A DNA stretch of 64,000 nucleotides. Origin: Candidatus Marinacidobacterales bacterium (GTDB lineage: Bacteria > Acidobacteriota > Vicinamibacteria > Marinacidobacterales > DATDRI01). How positions within the stretch are numbered: the stretch's first letter is position 1; every line of letters begins with the position of its first letter. Position numbers and translations under genes: made by a program. Positions 38,922-48,845 of this stretch are shown here, piece by piece. Under the pieces are notes generated by a model. That model made no database searches. It had not been told where the DNA came from and saw nothing but the letters and a program-made list of their open reading frames with translations. The stretch spans positions 3,808,001 to 3,872,000 of the forward strand of contig OZ245365.1 of NCBI GenBank assembly GCA_965226495.1, written 5' to 3'.

Positions 38922-39692
38922 TCAATCGGAAAAGCGGAGCAGCACCGGAGCGTGGTCGGAGGGTTGCTTTCCCTTGCGCTCTTGGCGATCGATCTCGGCC
39001 GCTTCGGCGCGGCCCGCCAATTCGTCGGTGACGAAAACGTGGTCGATTCTCAGCCCGTCGTTCTTGGGAAAACCTAGCTGGCGATAGTCCCACCACGAAT
39101 AGAGGCCATCCTCGGGACGGTGCCATCGGAAGCCGTCCGCCAGCCCCCATTCGCATACCCCTCGCAATGCCGCTCGCCCCGCCTCGTGACACAGAACGCT
39201 ATTGCGCCACTTTTCGGGGTTGGCCACATCGCGATCTTCCGGTGCCACGTTGAAATCTCCGCAAAGCGCCAGCGGCTCGGAGCGGTTGTGGTTTGCATCT
39301 AGGTAGGACCGCAATCGACGCATCCAATCGAGCTTGTAGTCCCACTTCTCGGATCCGACGACTGCACCGTTGGGCACGTAGACCGAAATGACCCGTACTC
39401 CATTCACGGCCGCGGAAACGAAACGAGCCTGGGGATCTTCGACTCCATCTTCAAATGATTTCCGGACATCCTGCGGCTCGGAACGGCTGACGATGGCAAC
39501 ACCGTTATACGTCCGCTGCCCATATACTGCGGCGAAGTAGCCGGCCTCTCGTAGGGGCTCGAAGGGGAACTGGTCCTCGACGGCCTTCAGCTCTTGCAAG
39601 CATAAGACATCGGGCTGGTGCCGATTCAACACTCCGAGCAGTCGCTCCAACCGGACGCGAATCGAGTTGACGTTCCAAGTTGCGATCTTCAT
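38922..39692 (-). CDS. xth: Exodeoxyribonuclease III
   Basis: ATWNVNSIR, LQELK, YNGVAI, YVPNG, GDFNVA, GLRIDH, SDHAPV. Confidence 0.96.
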   Translation of the reverse strand: MKIATWNVNSIRVRLERLLGVLNRHQPDVLCLQELKAVEDQFPFEPLREAGYFAAVYGQRTYNGVAIVSRSEPQDVRKSFEDGVEDPQARFVSAAVNGVRVISVYVPNGAVVGSEKWDYKLDWMRRLRSYLDANHNRSEPLALCGDFNVAPEDRDVANPEKWRNSVLCHEAGRAALRGVCEWGLADGFRWHRPEDGLYSWWDYRQLGFPKNDGLRIDHVFVTDELAGRAEAAEIDRQERKGKQPSDHAPVLLRFSD

Positions 39693-39728
39693 TTGGTCAA
39701 GAACCAGCGGGTAGTTAGACTAGAAGCC

Positions 39729-40376
39729 ATGGTGCCCCAATCGATTCTCGCATCATTGTGCGCGGCCGGATTGGTCCTTGTTCCGAGTGAGCCTCCCGAA
39801 CGAGGCTTCGAGAACGGTGTTTTTACATCCGAGCGGTTCCCCCTAATTCGGATGAAGGTAGACCCGGCTTTCACATATATCGGGAGTGTGACCTTCGAGC
39901 TCAAGAGCATTGCGCTGGTCGATCGACAGATATTCGTCGACGCTGACGGCGAGCGCATTAACCGAATGATCGTGCTCCAGTTCGAGGGATTCCTCGATAA
40001 TAATGACCATACGTACCTCTGGGGCGTCACGAACCCGCTCTCTCTCGGAGAACATGATTACAAACACAACACGTTCTTCTTCGACACCTCAAGGGCCATT
40101 GCGGAGAATCCCGGAGCCGAGACGGACCACACGGTGGCCTTTCTCGAACGGGAACGATACCAGTTAGCGAGCGAGCAAATGGTTTCACGTTTCGCTCGAG
40201 TCGTCGATGCTGCACGACGCCACGAGCTAATCATCTTCTATCACGAAAACGTCGTGGCCACGGGACATTCTCTCGCTGAAATCTCCGAGGATGGCGGGGT
40301 CTTACCTCAACACATCGCTAGCGCCGAGGCGTTGACCAAACGGTCTCTCAAAAGCTTTTCCGTCTTGGACGACTAA
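39729..40376 (+). CDS. Hypothetical exported protein
   Basis: Signal-like N-terminus; fills the space between xth and the ligase with normal composition. Confidence 0.65.
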   Translation: MVPQSILASLCAAGLVLVPSEPPERGFENGVFTSERFPLIRMKVDPAFTYIGSVTFELKSIALVDRQIFVDADGERINRMIVLQFEGFLDNNDHTYLWGVTNPLSLGEHDYKHNTFFFDTSRAIAENPGAETDHTVAFLERERYQLASEQMVSRFARVVDAARRHELIIFYHENVVATGHSLAEISEDGGVLPQHIASAEALTKRSLKSFSVLDD

Positions 40377-40465
40377 CCCCTCGGCAGAGCTCACGTGGAG
40401 CTCGGCGCCACGCGGTGAAACCGCACCTTGTAACGCGCGGGACCGAATTGGATTATCATCCACCG

Positions 40466-41977
40466 ATGCCGACCCTCACCCAATTGCTCGAACGAGGCAA
40501 GGACGACGCCATCGCAATGGGAGCCCCTGGCCGAGAGCCGCTCACCTATGCCGATCTTCGCCGTCACATGGCGGAGACCGTCGAGTCGCTGAACCGTCTC
40601 GGGATCGGGCGCAACGACGCGGTTGCCATCGTGCTTCCGAACGGGCCCGAGATGGCATCGGCCTTCGTCTCCATCGCCGGGGGTGCCACCACCGCACCCC
40701 TCAACCCCGGCTACCGGAAAGAAGAGCTCGAGTTCTACTTGTCCGATCTCGAGGCGAAACTTCTTGTCGTCGAGCCCGGAGCCGAGAGCCCGGCGCGAGC
40801 CGCGGCGGAGAAGCTCGGGATCCCGGCGGCGGAGCTTGTGGCGGACCCTCAGTCTAAGGCGGGGTGGTTTCGACTGTCGGGCAAAGCCGCAGGGCGCCCG
40901 AAGCTGGGAGGAAACGCCGAGGCCGACGACATCGCGCTCGTCCTCCACACCTCCGGAACGACGTCACGCCCGAAGATTGTCCCTCTGAGTCATAACAACC
41001 TGTGCGCCTCAGCGAGAAACGTCGCAGAGAGCCTCTCGCTGATTCCCGAGGATCGCTGCCTCAACGTCATGCCGTTGTTCCATATTCACGGGCTCATCGC
41101 CGCGGTCCTCGGCTCGCTCAGTGCCGGCGCTTCCATTTTCTGCTCTCCTGGTTTCAATGCCCTCAAGTTCTTCGCGTGGATGAAAGAATCCCATCCAAAC
41201 TGGTACACGGCAGTGCCCACGATGCATCAAGCGATCCTGGCACGCGCCGAGCGAAACCGTGAGCTCATCGAGGCGAACCCGTTGCGATTCATTCGTTCCT
41301 CCTCGGCCTCGCTTCCCCCGCAGGTAATGGAAACCCTCGAATCCGTTTTTCACGCCCCCGTGATCGAGGCCTACGGCATGACGGAAGCCGCCCACCAGAT
41401 GGCCTGCAACCCACTGCCGCCTCGGGAACGGAAGATCGGCACGGTCGGTGTTGCGGCGGGTCCCGATGTCTCCATCATGGACGCAGCCAGCCAGCATCTA
41501 CCGCCGGGAAGCGTGGGCGAGGTCGTGATCCGCGGTTCCAACGTCACCGCCGGCTACCGAAACAACCCGGACGCCAACGCGGCGGGCTTCACCGAGGGTT
41601 GGTTCCGGACCGGGGATCAGGGCGTCATCGACGACGACGGATACCTTCGCCTGACCGGACGATTGAAAGAGATCATCAACCGCGGAGGGGAGAAGATCTC
41701 GCCGCGCGAAGTGGATGAAGTCCTCATGGATCATCCAGCGGTGACCCAGGCGGTCACTTTCGCCGTCCCCCACGACAAGCTCGGCGAGGACGTCGCGGCG
41801 GCGGTGATCTTGAAGGAAGGCGAGACCGCCAGCGAGAAAGACATCAAGGACTTCGCCCGCCAAAGACTCGCCGATTTCAAAGTGCCACGCCGAGTCGTCT
41901 TTCTCGATGAGATACCCAAAGGACCAACTGGCAAGCTTCAACGGATCGGCTTGGCCGAGAAGTTGGGCCTGACATGA
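40466..41977 (+). CDS. Acyl-CoA synthetase, oxalate-CoA ligase-like
   Basis: LHTSGTTSRPK, MPLFHIHGL, WYTAVPTMHQ, RFIRSSSASL, EAYGMTEAAHQM, TGDQG, NRGGEKI, PKGPTGKLQR. Confidence 0.85.
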   Translation: MPTLTQLLERGKDDAIAMGAPGREPLTYADLRRHMAETVESLNRLGIGRNDAVAIVLPNGPEMASAFVSIAGGATTAPLNPGYRKEELEFYLSDLEAKLLVVEPGAESPARAAAEKLGIPAAELVADPQSKAGWFRLSGKAAGRPKLGGNAEADDIALVLHTSGTTSRPKIVPLSHNNLCASARNVAESLSLIPEDRCLNVMPLFHIHGLIAAVLGSLSAGASIFCSPGFNALKFFAWMKESHPNWYTAVPTMHQAILARAERNRELIEANPLRFIRSSSASLPPQVMETLESVFHAPVIEAYGMTEAAHQMACNPLPPRERKIGTVGVAAGPDVSIMDAASQHLPPGSVGEVVIRGSNVTAGYRNNPDANAAGFTEGWFRTGDQGVIDDDGYLRLTGRLKEIINRGGEKISPREVDEVLMDHPAVTQAVTFAVPHDKLGEDVAAAVILKEGETASEKDIKDFARQRLADFKVPRRVVFLDEIPKGPTGKLQRIGLAEKLGLT

Positions 41978-41981
41978 TGAC

Positions 41982-42950
41982 ATGAAAATCTGCGTATACG
42001 GAGCCGGCGCTATCGGCGGCTACCTGGGAGCCGAGCTCGCATTGGCCGGCCTGGATGTCACCTTGATCGCACGCGGGCCTCATCTAAAGGCCATGCGGGA
42101 CAAGGGCCTCACACTCCTCATCGAGGGGGAGAAAAAAGTCGCAAACGTTAGGGCGACGGATGATCCGGCAGAAGCCGGCCCTCAGGACTACGTCGTGATT
42201 ACGTTGAAGGCGCACTCCGTGCCGCCCATCGTGGACAAGATAGTCCCGCTTCTCGGTCCGGAGACTGCGGTCGTCACCGCGCAGAACGGAGCCCCGTGGT
42301 GGTACTTCTACAAACTCGACGGGCCTTGGGAAAACAAACGTCTGGAGAGTGTCGATCCCGGCGGACGAATCTGGGACACGTTAGGCCCGGAGCGCGCAAT
42401 CGGATGTGTCGTCTACCCGTCTGCTGAGATCGTCGAGCCTGGCGTCATCGAGCATGGGACGGGGAAAAGATTCATGCTCGGTGAGCCGGACGGTTCGAAG
42501 TCCGATCGCACCCTCGCCCTTGGCAAGGCCTTCACCGCCGCCGGCCTCAAGGCGCCGGTGCGGCCACGGATTCGAGACGACCTCTGGCTCAAACTCTGGG
42601 GGAACCTGTCGCTCAACCCGGTGAGCGCGCTCACGCACGCCACGCTGGAAGAAATTTGCGGTGATCCCGGCACGCACGATCTGATCGGCTCGATGATGCG
42701 GGAAGGTCAAGCGATTGGGGAAAAACTCGGAGTGAAATTCTCCGTGGACGTGGAGACACGTATCGGCTGGGCTGCCGACACTGGCGCCCACAAGACATCC
42801 ATGCTTCAGGATCTAGAAAGAGGCCGGCCGATGGAAGTAGAAGCCCTAGTCGGCTCCGTTGCCGAGATGGGTCGATTGGTGGGAGTCCCTACCCCGACGA
42901 TCGACGCCGTTCTCGCTATGACGAGACTGCGGGCTCGCACCGCGGGGTGA
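41982..42950 (+). CDS. Ketopantoate reductase family (PanE2/oxalyl-CoA reductase-like)
   Basis: GAGAIGG, QNGAPWWYF, WLKLWGN, HKTSMLQD, E. Confidence 0.85.
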   Translation: MKICVYGAGAIGGYLGAELALAGLDVTLIARGPHLKAMRDKGLTLLIEGEKKVANVRATDDPAEAGPQDYVVITLKAHSVPPIVDKIVPLLGPETAVVTAQNGAPWWYFYKLDGPWENKRLESVDPGGRIWDTLGPERAIGCVVYPSAEIVEPGVIEHGTGKRFMLGEPDGSKSDRTLALGKAFTAAGLKAPVRPRIRDDLWLKLWGNLSLNPVSALTHATLEEICGDPGTHDLIGSMMREGQAIGEKLGVKFSVDVETRIGWAADTGAHKTSMLQDLERGRPMEVEALVGSVAEMGRLVGVPTPTIDAVLAMTRLRARTAG

Positions 42951-42953
42951 AAC

Positions 42954-44435
42954 GTGTCGGGAGAAAAGAACAAAGATCTCGAAGACTTGGAGCTTCCTCA
43001 CACCAGTCTGGGCAATCTCTTTCGGCTGTTCGGACCGGGCATGATCCTTATGATGACCGGCGTGGGGACGAGTCACATGGTGACGGCCCCGGTAGCCGGT
43101 GGCCGCTTCGGCTATGCCTTACTCTGGTGCATTCCCGTCGCCTACATCTTCAAGTACTACGGGTTCGAGATGGCCTTCCGATTCACGCACGCGACGGGAA
43201 GGAGCATGCTCGATGCCTATGCCACCGCCTGGAAACAGTGGCCTTTGTGGTACGTGCTCGGCACGACATTAATTCAATGCGTGGTTGGGCAAGCGGGGCG
43301 ATTGGTTGCGGCATCGGCGGTGGCCTACTACTTCCTTTCTGAATACGTCGGCGTCGAGGTTCCGATCCCGCTTCTCGGACTCGCCCTGGGCATGGTCTCG
43401 GTCGGAATTATTCTACGTGGCCGATACGAAGCGGTCGAAGTCGCCGCCAAGGTTGCGGCTGGCGTACTCATGGTGTCGAGCTTCGGCATCTACTTCGTCG
43501 AGCCCGCCCCCTTGTCCTCGATGCGTCATTTTTTCTTGCTCGACACTCCGGAGGGATCTTGGCTCGTCATCGCGGCGTTTCTTGGACTTCTACCCACCGG
43601 AATCGATGTCTCCTTGCAAGCATCGGAGTGGGGAAAAGCAAAGAAGGCGGGCATGGGTGGGATCCGAGAGCGACTCGAGGAGCTCGGTCTCGCGGCCGCG
43701 TTCGATCCCTTTGTTTCACGAAAGGAAGACTTGGCCGTCGAAACGTCGAGGCTATCGCCCCATACGCTGGAGTACTGCCGCCGCTGGTTCAAAATCGGTT
43801 TGTGGGATTTCCGCCTCGGCCACGTCATTTCATTCCTCACCGCCTGCGTGTTCCTCTTGCTGGCGGCGGTATGGCTCTATCCAAGTCCGGTCGAGGGAAC
43901 CGCGGTGATGGGAGAGATTGCGAAGATTTTTACTTTGAGCGTCGGCCCGGGGATGATGATCGTGTTCCTGGTCGGCGCGTTTGCCGCGACCTACTCGACC
44001 GCTTTCAACTATTTCGACGGCTGGCCGCGCGTCGTGGCCGCGTGCTGTCGGAACTTGTTCAAGCCGACCGCATCACTAAGGGGAATCGCGAAAGAGGATC
44101 TTACACCGGAGCACCAAAGCAAATGGTACTCCGAGTACAACATCTACCGCGCGACGATGCTCTTCTCACTGGTGGCGGCGGTCTCCATCATAGCCGGCGT
44201 GCCAAAACCCGTCTGGTTGGTCCTAATCGCCTCGGCACTGGCGTTTTTTGTCGCTCCGGTGATTTTCTATTTGAACCTCTACTACTGTTTCTCCGTGATC
44301 CCACGAGAGGACAAAGAGTTCTACCCTTCCGGCTTTGCGACGTGGTTCAGCTGGGCCAGCCTGATGATATTCACCGGCATGACCGCGTTATTGATACTGG
44401 CGCGCGTCTTTAAGATCGAGCTTTTGGCTAATTAA
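42954..44435 (+). CDS. Nramp/YcsG-like membrane transporter
   Basis: GPGMIL...GTSH...AGGRFGYALLW...KY, RFTHATG, about 11 TM helices. Confidence 0.75.
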   Translation: MSGEKNKDLEDLELPHTSLGNLFRLFGPGMILMMTGVGTSHMVTAPVAGGRFGYALLWCIPVAYIFKYYGFEMAFRFTHATGRSMLDAYATAWKQWPLWYVLGTTLIQCVVGQAGRLVAASAVAYYFLSEYVGVEVPIPLLGLALGMVSVGIILRGRYEAVEVAAKVAAGVLMVSSFGIYFVEPAPLSSMRHFFLLDTPEGSWLVIAAFLGLLPTGIDVSLQASEWGKAKKAGMGGIRERLEELGLAAAFDPFVSRKEDLAVETSRLSPHTLEYCRRWFKIGLWDFRLGHVISFLTACVFLLLAAVWLYPSPVEGTAVMGEIAKIFTLSVGPGMMIVFLVGAFAATYSTAFNYFDGWPRVVAACCRNLFKPTASLRGIAKEDLTPEHQSKWYSEYNIYRATMLFSLVAAVSIIAGVPKPVWLVLIASALAFFVAPVIFYLNLYYCFSVIPREDKEFYPSGFATWFSWASLMIFTGMTALLILARVFKIELLAN

Positions 44436-44446
44436 TGAAACGCGGC

Positions 44447-44598
44447 CGGGCCGGAGGCCCGCCGGCCGGGAGGAATCGCGCCGTTAGGCGCGAGGGAACC
44501 CGGCCGTGGTTTTTGGGCGCGAGCACAGCCTTGAGCCATTGCGGAGTCGCTTGCCGACGAAGCATGAGGCGTGGGGGGTGGGGCCCCGACGCCACTAA
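44447..44598 (+). repeat. Structured intergenic repeat, copy B (full length)
   Basis: Colinear with copy A (2051-2207) with compensatory stem changes. Confidence 0.9.
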
Positions 44599-44612
44599 TT
44601 TCGCTAGCTGCC

Positions 44613-45206
44613 CTACTTCGGACGAACCTTGAGAGCGTTCTCGAGCGTCTTCACCATCCCGCCGACGGACAATACGGCGCGCGAGGCCGTCTCTTTGTCC
44701 TCTTCCGAGAACACGTAACCCATGAGCCTGACGTCGCCCTTCACAACGACAATGTGAATGGGATGAGGGCCGCGAGGTAAGGAGCTCTGCGCGCCGACGA
44801 CGTAGTACATGGCCTCTTTCGCGTAGGGCTGCATCGTGGTGTAGTAGATTGAGCGGTAGATTTGCCGGCGTATCTCTACGTCCGACTTGGGGGTCCGCGT
44901 ATACTCAATTTCGTTTTTAACTTCCTTGACGCCCTTGACCTTCTTGACCGCCGCGGGGGCCTGGGACCTAAGAGAAGTGCGGTGCGCGATACCCCTCAAG
45001 TAAACGACATTGTCCTTGATTCCAAACGTAAGCCAGTCATAAACCGTATAGTCAGGCAAGTTGGCGATGACGGAGAGAATGTCCTGGGTCATCCTCACCA
45101 ATTCGTCTTGATCTGCCTGTCCACGTGCGTCGACGCGAGGCGCCACCATCATCGCAGCCAGAATCATTGCTAGTGCTATGGAGCGCATCCACTGACGTGT
45201 ATTCAT
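44613..45206 (-). CDS. Secreted double BON domain protein
   Basis: Signal peptide; VYLRG...VKGVKEVKNEI and IHIVVVKGDVRLMG...LENALKV. Confidence 0.85.
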   Translation of the reverse strand: MNTRQWMRSIALAMILAAMMVAPRVDARGQADQDELVRMTQDILSVIANLPDYTVYDWLTFGIKDNVVYLRGIAHRTSLRSQAPAAVKKVKGVKEVKNEIEYTRTPKSDVEIRRQIYRSIYYTTMQPYAKEAMYYVVGAQSSLPRGPHPIHIVVVKGDVRLMGYVFSEEDKETASRAVLSVGGMVKTLENALKVRPK

Positions 45207-45370
45207 TGATCTCCTCTCCTCTGTGACCACCTTCGGCAGGCGGCGTCGGCCCAAATTTCGAATCCGGAAGGATAGCGGGCCGGAGAGCGTATGTAAAGTC
45301 CAGTATAAGGGGGGACGGAATCCTCAATGTGGTAGGATTCTGCGAATTTCAGAGCGATTGGAAGGCTCGG

Positions 45371-45577
45371 ATGAAAGATTTCTTTCCCATACCCAAGGGT
45401 GACGGCTGGTATCTGTTAGCACTTCTGCTCTTCTCCATCGTCGCCTTCTTCCCTTGGTGGCGCGAAGTGTATGTCGCCGGCATGTCGGCCTTCGGGTGGC
45501 TCATGGCCATCCTCATGATCTTTTCCCCCGCGGTCGCCTTGCTCATCTTCCGTTGGGAGCGCAAGAAAGACTCATGA
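45371..45577 (+). CDS. Small two-TM partner of solute symporter
   Basis: 68 aa, two hydrophobic helices, ATGA overlap with downstream SSS gene. Confidence 0.7.
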   Translation: MKDFFPIPKGDGWYLLALLLFSIVAFFPWWREVYVAGMSAFGWLMAILMIFSPAVALLIFRWERKKDS

Positions 45578-46992
45578 GTCTCGAATTGGCGTTGGTTCTC
45601 GCCTACCTGGGTGGGTGTATCGGGATCGGCATTTTCGCCTCGCGGAAGGTCATGGCGTCTAAGGACGAGTACTGGGTGGCGGGCCGCCGTATTGGTACGT
45701 TCGTCAACTCCATGGCGATCATGGCGGCCCTAGCTAGCGGAGGCTCAATCATCGGTGTGATGGGATTGGCGTACTCCCGCGGTATCCCTTCGACGCTGGC
45801 CTTGTTTGCGGGTGCGGTGCTTGGGTTCCCTCTCGCATCGGTCCTGGTCGCTCGACCCCTGAGGAACTTTGGCAAGTACACCATCACGGACTTTCTCGCC
45901 TTCCGCTATCCCCATCCCGTCGTCAGATACCTCGTCCCTTCACTCATCGTAGCGAGCTTCACCGTGTACATCATCGCCCAAATGAAAGCCGCGGGTATTA
46001 CTGCCAACGTGTTGTTGGGAATTCCGTACGATGTGGCGCTCACCTTCGCGACCCTCGTCTTCATTCTCTACGTTTCAATAGGTGGCATGCTGGCCATCAC
46101 CTGGACCGACGTGATCCAGGGTGTCCTCATGCTCACCGTCGTCATCGGCTGCGCCCTGGTGTTGATTTGGCGCGCGGGATCCCCGTTGGGCTTGATGGCT
46201 CAGGCCACGGCCGCAGCTCCCGAGCTCGGTCAAGTCTCCGGACAATCGCTGGGGAGCTACCTAAGCTTTTTCGTCATCTGGGCGGCGGCCATCCCGGTCA
46301 TTCCCCACATCGTCATGCGCGTCTTCACCGCGAAGAATGCCGAAGGGGCGAGACTCTCGCTCAATATCGCCATGCTCTTCTACAGCATCATGATCTTGGC
46401 CGCGGTGCTGGCCATCGTGCCGGTCGGAAAAATGTATTTCCCCGACCTCGCGGACGCGGATCAGGTTTTCCTCATGGTCATCGAACAAGAATTCCCTCCG
46501 ATCTTTCGCGGCATCGCCGTCGCCGCGGTGCTGGCGGCGGTTATGTCCACGACCGATGCTCTCTTGCTCGCCTGTAGCTCGGCGATCTCCCACGATCTGC
46601 TCGGGAAGTGGACCGATAAGCTCGGCCCGAAGGCAAGCGCCTGGGTCGGGATCGGATCGGCTTGGGTCATCGGTCTTGTGGCTCTTTACTTTGCCTATTC
46701 TCCCCCGGAGCTCATTAGCGAGTTCTATACTGCGGCGGTTGGGATCTTGAGCGCCGGCCTCTTCGTACCCATGATCGCCGGACTCTGGTGGAAGCGTGCC
46801 AACCTGGTAGGTGGCGTCGCGGCCTTGTTGACGGGCAGCTTGCTCTATCTCTACCTGGTGCTCGCCACTTCGCTCCCCGCGATATTGATCGCCTTGCCGG
46901 CGAGCGCCGTCGCCATGTGGATCGGTGGCCAAGTGGGAGCGGCGGAAAAGTCCGAGATGTTGGAAGCGATTGGCCGCCTGCACCAAAACTGA
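45574..46992 (+). CDS. Sodium:solute symporter (SSS family)
   Basis: EYWVAGR, SGGS..G, YVSIGGMLAITWTDVIQG, PHIVMR, AAVMSTTD. Confidence 0.92.
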   Translation: MSLELALVLAYLGGCIGIGIFASRKVMASKDEYWVAGRRIGTFVNSMAIMAALASGGSIIGVMGLAYSRGIPSTLALFAGAVLGFPLASVLVARPLRNFGKYTITDFLAFRYPHPVVRYLVPSLIVASFTVYIIAQMKAAGITANVLLGIPYDVALTFATLVFILYVSIGGMLAITWTDVIQGVLMLTVVIGCALVLIWRAGSPLGLMAQATAAAPELGQVSGQSLGSYLSFFVIWAAAIPVIPHIVMRVFTAKNAEGARLSLNIAMLFYSIMILAAVLAIVPVGKMYFPDLADADQVFLMVIEQEFPPIFRGIAVAAVLAAVMSTTDALLLACSSAISHDLLGKWTDKLGPKASAWVGIGSAWVIGLVALYFAYSPPELISEFYTAAVGILSAGLFVPMIAGLWWKRANLVGGVAALLTGSLLYLYLVLATSLPAILIALPASAVAMWIGGQVGAAEKSEMLEAIGRLHQN

Positions 46993-47004
46993 CCGCACCG
47001 CCCT

Positions 47005-48618
47005 ATGCAAGACAGACTCAAAGAGCTGGAGGCCAGAGCCCGTGCCCTAGAACCAGGCCCCGAGGAGAGGCAATCTCTGCTCGACTTGGTGGTTGCCTAC
47101 TGCGAGCGTTTCCTGGAGCGGCTGCCAGAACTACCAGCCTTCGAACTAACCGAGGACAAGGGTATCGGGCTCTACGACGCTCCCGTTTCGGAAGACCCCG
47201 TTGCGCTCGAGGCGTTGCTGAACCTTCTCGATCACAATGTCGTTCGACCGGGCTTGAACCCCGCTTCCGCAGGACATCTCGGATACATCCCGGGAGGTGG
47301 AATCTATCCGTCCGCGCTGGGCGACTACATCGCCGCGGTCACCAATCGTTATGCCGGCGTTTTCTTCCCCGGCCCGGGCGCGGTGCGCATGGAGAACATG
47401 CTCCTCGATTGGATGGCCGAGCTCGTGGGATACCCGCCGAGCGCCGCGGGGAGCTTGAGCTCAGGGGGCAGTATCGCCAACCTTGGCGGGATCGTCACCG
47501 CACGGGACGCCCACGATTTGAAGGCCAGGGATTTCGAGCGCTCGGTCATCTACATGACCGAGCACGTCCACCACTCCGTGGACAAGGCGATCCGTATCGC
47601 TGGCCTCGGCGAGTCGGTTCGAACAATCGTCCCTTTGGACGCTGGTCGCCGGATGGACCCCGAAACCCTCGAGAAGGCGATTCTCAAAGACAAGGCCGCC
47701 GGATTGATCCCCTGGCTCGTCGTCGCGTCCGCGGGAACCGCCGACACTGGCGCGGTGGATCCGCTCGGCCCCATAGGTGAGATCGCCAGCCGGCATTCTC
47801 TTTGGTTTCATATCGACGGCGCCTATGGAGCGTTTTTCGCTTTGTGTGAGGAGGGAAAGAAGATCCTCCGCGGCATGGATCGCTCCCACTCGATAGTGAT
47901 GGATCCCCACAAGGGGCTCTTCCTGCCCTACGGGACTGGAGCGGTGTTGGTGAAGGAAGGAAAACACCTCTCCAACGCTCATTACTACGATGCGCATTAC
48001 ATGCAAGATGCCGCCAGGAGCAGAGACGAGCTCGCACCCGCCGATCTTTCCCCCGAGCTCAGCAAACACTTCCGCGCCCTCAGATTTTGGCTGCCGGTGA
48101 AGCTTTTCGGCGTGCGGCCCTTCCGAGCCGCGCTAGAGGAGAAACTGCTTTTGGCTCGCTACTTCTACGAGAAAATTCAGGCCGTGGACGGGTTCGAGGT
48201 TGGTCCTTACCCCGACCTCTCGGTTGTGACTTTCCGGTACCTTCCGCAGCAGGGCGATGCCGACGCGTTCAACCAACGGCTCACCGACGAAATCCAAAAA
48301 GACGGCAGGATTTTTCTCTCCACGACCCAGTTGGATGGACGCTTCGTTTTGCGGCTCGCGGTCTTGTCCTTTCGCACTCACTTGGACACCATCGACCTCA
48401 CCCTCGAGATATTGAAGGAGAAGATCAACGAGCGATCGGCTAAGTCTGCAGTTTCGCCCAAAGAGCCCCAGCGGTTGTCGGATCCAAACGGAGCTCTCGT
48501 TTCAGAAGAATCGAGCGACGGAGCTGCCTTCCCATTAGTCCAGTTTCCCGGTGCGGGAGACCGGGAGCAATGGCATGAACCATTTCGTGGGCCAACACAC
48601 GACTCTCAACGTTGGTAG
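47005..48618 (+). CDS. Group II PLP-dependent amino-acid decarboxylase
   Basis: HLGYIP, SGGSIAN, HHSVDKA, GAVDPL, HIDGAYG, DPHK; last ~60 aa look like read-through. Confidence 0.9.
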   Translation: MQDRLKELEARARALEPGPEERQSLLDLVVAYCERFLERLPELPAFELTEDKGIGLYDAPVSEDPVALEALLNLLDHNVVRPGLNPASAGHLGYIPGGGIYPSALGDYIAAVTNRYAGVFFPGPGAVRMENMLLDWMAELVGYPPSAAGSLSSGGSIANLGGIVTARDAHDLKARDFERSVIYMTEHVHHSVDKAIRIAGLGESVRTIVPLDAGRRMDPETLEKAILKDKAAGLIPWLVVASAGTADTGAVDPLGPIGEIASRHSLWFHIDGAYGAFFALCEEGKKILRGMDRSHSIVMDPHKGLFLPYGTGAVLVKEGKHLSNAHYYDAHYMQDAARSRDELAPADLSPELSKHFRALRFWLPVKLFGVRPFRAALEEKLLLARYFYEKIQAVDGFEVGPYPDLSVVTFRYLPQQGDADAFNQRLTDEIQKDGRIFLSTTQLDGRFVLRLAVLSFRTHLDTIDLTLEILKEKINERSAKSAVSPKEPQRLSDPNGALVSEESSDGAAFPLVQFPGAGDREQWHEPFRGPTHDSQRW

Positions 48619-48639
48619 ATGCTCCTGGCAAGGTTTCAT
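48440..48639 (-). pseudogene. Internally deleted HExxH protein remnant
   Basis: AGGAGG RBS plus ATG at 48639, joined out of frame to RVLAHEMVHAIAPGLPH..GLM. Confidence 0.55.
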
Positions 48640-48845
48640 TGGATTCCTCCTAGGTGTTCCAGTTGTCGAAGCGACGAAATAATCGCGCGCGCGTTTGATC
48701 TATGAGACGTAACAGTTCTCCGATTGGTTCTAAGTTTTTCGGGGATGCCACGATTCTGTTGTGAGCCTTACACGAGCATCAATTCCTTGAAGTGGGATTC
48801 AATGTTGCGCCCATCGTGCGAGAAACTTCGGAGATAGAATAGGGA

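Noticed and set aside
46788-47780. Long alternative-frame ORFs (also 51296-52339, 43559-44413, 15553-16326)
   Set aside because: Arg/Gly/Pro-rich or antisense shadows of well-supported genes, as expected in GC-rich DNA
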